Source of the DNA: an uncultured Chloroflexia bacterium
GTDB taxonomy: Bacteria > Chloroflexota > Limnocylindria > Limnocylindrales > CSP1-4
DNA length: 64,000 nt
Direction: 5' to 3'
Assembly: GCA_963776355.1 (NCBI GenBank)
Contig: CAVZLU010000006.1
Span: 946,575 to 1,010,574, forward strand
Below the pieces are notes generated by a model that had not been told where the DNA came from, ran no database searches, and saw only the letters and a list, made by a program, of their open reading frames with translations. Position 1 is the first letter of the stretch, and each line of letters opens with the position of its first letter. Positions 62,283-64,000 of the stretch are shown in pieces. A program made the position numbers and the translations under genes.

Positions 62283-64000
62283 CGGGACCTCCGGGGGACG
62301 GCGTGGGGGCGGGCGGGCCCGCGGGGATCCGGCTGCTCGACGGCGCGGCGGCCAGGGCGGCGGCGAGGGCTGCCGGCCGGATCGGCTTCGAGACGTAGTC
62401 GTTCATCCCTGCCGCGAGGCAGGCCTCGCGGTCGCCGGCGAGGGCGTTGGCGGTCATCGCGACGATCCACGGCCGCGCGTCCGCGGACCGGCCGGCGCGG
62501 ATCCGCCGGGTGGCCTCGAGGCCGTCGAGCTCCGGCATCTGGACGTCCATGAGGATCACGTCGTATGGCGCGCGGCCAAGGGCCGCGATCGCCTCGAGGC
62601 CGTTGCCGGCCACGTCCGCCGTGTAGCCCATCTGCGCGAGCAGGCGGATGGCGAGCTTCTGGTTGACCGGGTTGTCCTCGGCCAGCAGGACGCGCAGGGG
62701 ATGCCGAGCAGCGAGCTCGCCGTCGATCGCCGGCCTCTCGACCGCGCGCGCGGGGGCCGCCGGCTCCGCCCCGACGAAGACGGTCACCAGGGCATCGTGG
62801 AGCGCGGACGGCTTCACCGGCTTGGTCAGGAAGGCGGCGATGTCGGGCGCCTCGCGATCCCGGTGGCCGACGGACGAGAGGACGACGATGGGCAGCGAGG
62901 CGGCCGGGGGAGTGGCATGCAGCCGTTCCGCGAGCGTGTAACCGTCCATCTCGGGCATGGCGATGTCGATGAGGGCGACGTCGAACGGCTCCCCGGCCGC
63001 GACCCACCCGAGGGCCTCGCTCGGCAAGGCCGTCTGGCGAGCCGTCATGCCCCAGCGAGCGATCTGGGTGACGAGGATCTGGCGGTTGGTCGCGTTGTCG
63101 TCGACGACCACGGCGCGGCGCCCCACGAGCTCCGGCAAGGGGCCGCCGCGAGCCGGCGGGAGGTCGCTGTCGGGCGCCTCGAAGGCGCGGATCGTCAGCC
63201 GGAAGGTGCTGCCCTCGCCGTCGACGCCGCTGCTCTCGGCCACGATCGTGCCGTCCATCAGCTCCGCCAGGCGGCGGCTGATGGCCAGCCCCAGCCCCGT
63301 GCCGCCGTAGCGTCGGGAGACCGAGAGGTCGCCCTGGTTGAACGACTGGAACAGGCGATGCATTCGCGCCGGCGGGATGCCGATGCCGGTGTCCCGCACC
63401 TCGGCCACGATCTCCCACTGCGGCTGGCCGGACCCGCGGGCGCGCCCGGCCAGGCGCTGGCCACTGACGCGCAGCACAACCTCGCCCCGCTCGGTGAACT
63501 TGACCGCATTGGACAGCAGGTTGAGGACGATCTGGCGAAGTCGCCCGGCGTCCCCGCCGATCGCCCGCGGCAGGTCCCCGTCGAGGGCATAGGCGAGCTC
63601 GACACCCTTGGCCGCGGCGGCCGGTGCGAGCACGTCGAGGGCGCCCTCGATGCACGGGCCGAGGGCGAACGGGCGCGACTCCAGCTCGATCTTGCCAGCC
63701 TCGATCTTCGAGAAGTCGAGGATGTCGTTGATGATCGTGAGGAGCGCCTCGGCGGAGGTGTCGATCGTCTCCGCGAAGTCCCGCTGCTCGTCGCTCAGCG
63801 GTGTCTCGAGCAGGAGGCCGCCCATGCCGATGATCGCGTTCATCGGGGTCCGGATCTCGTGGCTCATGGCGGCGAGGAAGGTCGACTTCGCCTGGTTGGC
63901 CTGCTCGGCCGCCTCGCGGGCCGTGCGCCCCTCCTCGAAGAGGCGGGCGTTCTGGATGGCGATCGCGGCCTGCTGGGCCAGGCCCACCAGGAAGTCGAGG
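62275..64000 (-). CDS. Hybrid sensor histidine kinase with two receiver domains (5' part outside the window)
   Basis: End of a GAF-like domain ([10 protein letters not shown]), [29 protein letters not shown], and two receivers (IDIAMP, MDVQMP). Confidence 0.93.
   Translation of the reverse strand, partial: LDFLVGLAQQAAIAIQNARLFEEGRTAREAAEQANQAKSTFLAAMSHEIRTPMNAIIGMGGLLLETPLSDEQRDFAETIDTSAEALLTIINDILDFSKIEAGKIELESRPFALGPCIEGALDVLAPAAAAKGVELAYALDGDLPRAIGGDAGRLRQIVLNLLSNAVKFTERGEVVLRVSGQRLAGRARGSGQPQWEIVAEVRDTGIGIPPARMHRLFQSFNQGDLSVSRRYGGTGLGLAISRRLAELMDGTIVAESSGVDGEGSTFRLTIRAFEAPDSDLPPARGGPLPELVGRRAVVVDDNATNRQILVTQIARWGMTARQTALPSEALGWVAAGEPFDVALIDIAMPEMDGYTLAERLHATPPAASLPIVVLSSVGHRDREAPDIAAFLTKPVKPSALHDALVTVFVGAEPAAPARAVERPAIDGELAARHPLRVLLAEDNPVNQKLAIRLLAQMGYTADVAGNGLEAIAALGRAPYDVILMDVQMPELDGLEATRRIRAGRSADARPWIVAMTANALAGDREACLAAGMNDYVSKPIRPAALAAALAAAPSSSRIPAGPPAPTPSPGGPDA

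Overview
Very GC-rich bacterial chromosomal segment. Gene content and leaderless TAnnnT-N6/7-start genes are compatible with a high-GC Chloroflexota or Actinomycetota, but taxonomy cannot be fixed from this window. No rRNA, tRNA, CRISPR array, integrase or transposase was seen. More than 25 apparent single-base frameshifts, some in housekeeping genes, point to long-read or low-coverage assembly indels rather than true pseudogenes. In order, the window holds: a cupredoxin lipoprotein, AlaX and a ferric-reductase-like oxidoreductase; an ECF sigma pair; a sugar cluster (oxidoreductase, TIM-barrel isomerase, deoC, ROK, nagA); a serine hydrolase, an M3 peptidase and three-gene pntAB; a homocysteine methyltransferase; a complete coproporphyrin-dependent heme operon (hemA, hemC-D fusion, hemB, hemL, hemE, hemH, radical SAM, hemY) with a BldC/MerR-type regulator and divergent hemQ; a corrinoid protein with two non-pyrrolysine MttB-family methyltransferases and a third, collapsed copy; transporters, a multidomain class III cyclase, ybaK, ndh and a TetR-DHA2 pair; a hexaheme-NrfC-NrfD-octaheme module with no catalytic subunit, bracketed by two atypical Cys-bearing NarL-type regulators; a GMC oxidoreductase, GT87, a Cys-rich Fe-S protein and GH18; and a hybrid kinase-Hpt-receiver/cyclase phosphorelay. 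The best candidate for an undescribed system is the multiheme/NrfCD module with its pseudo-receiver regulators. Next are the heme-operon regulator with phased upstream repeats and the MttB/corrinoid block.
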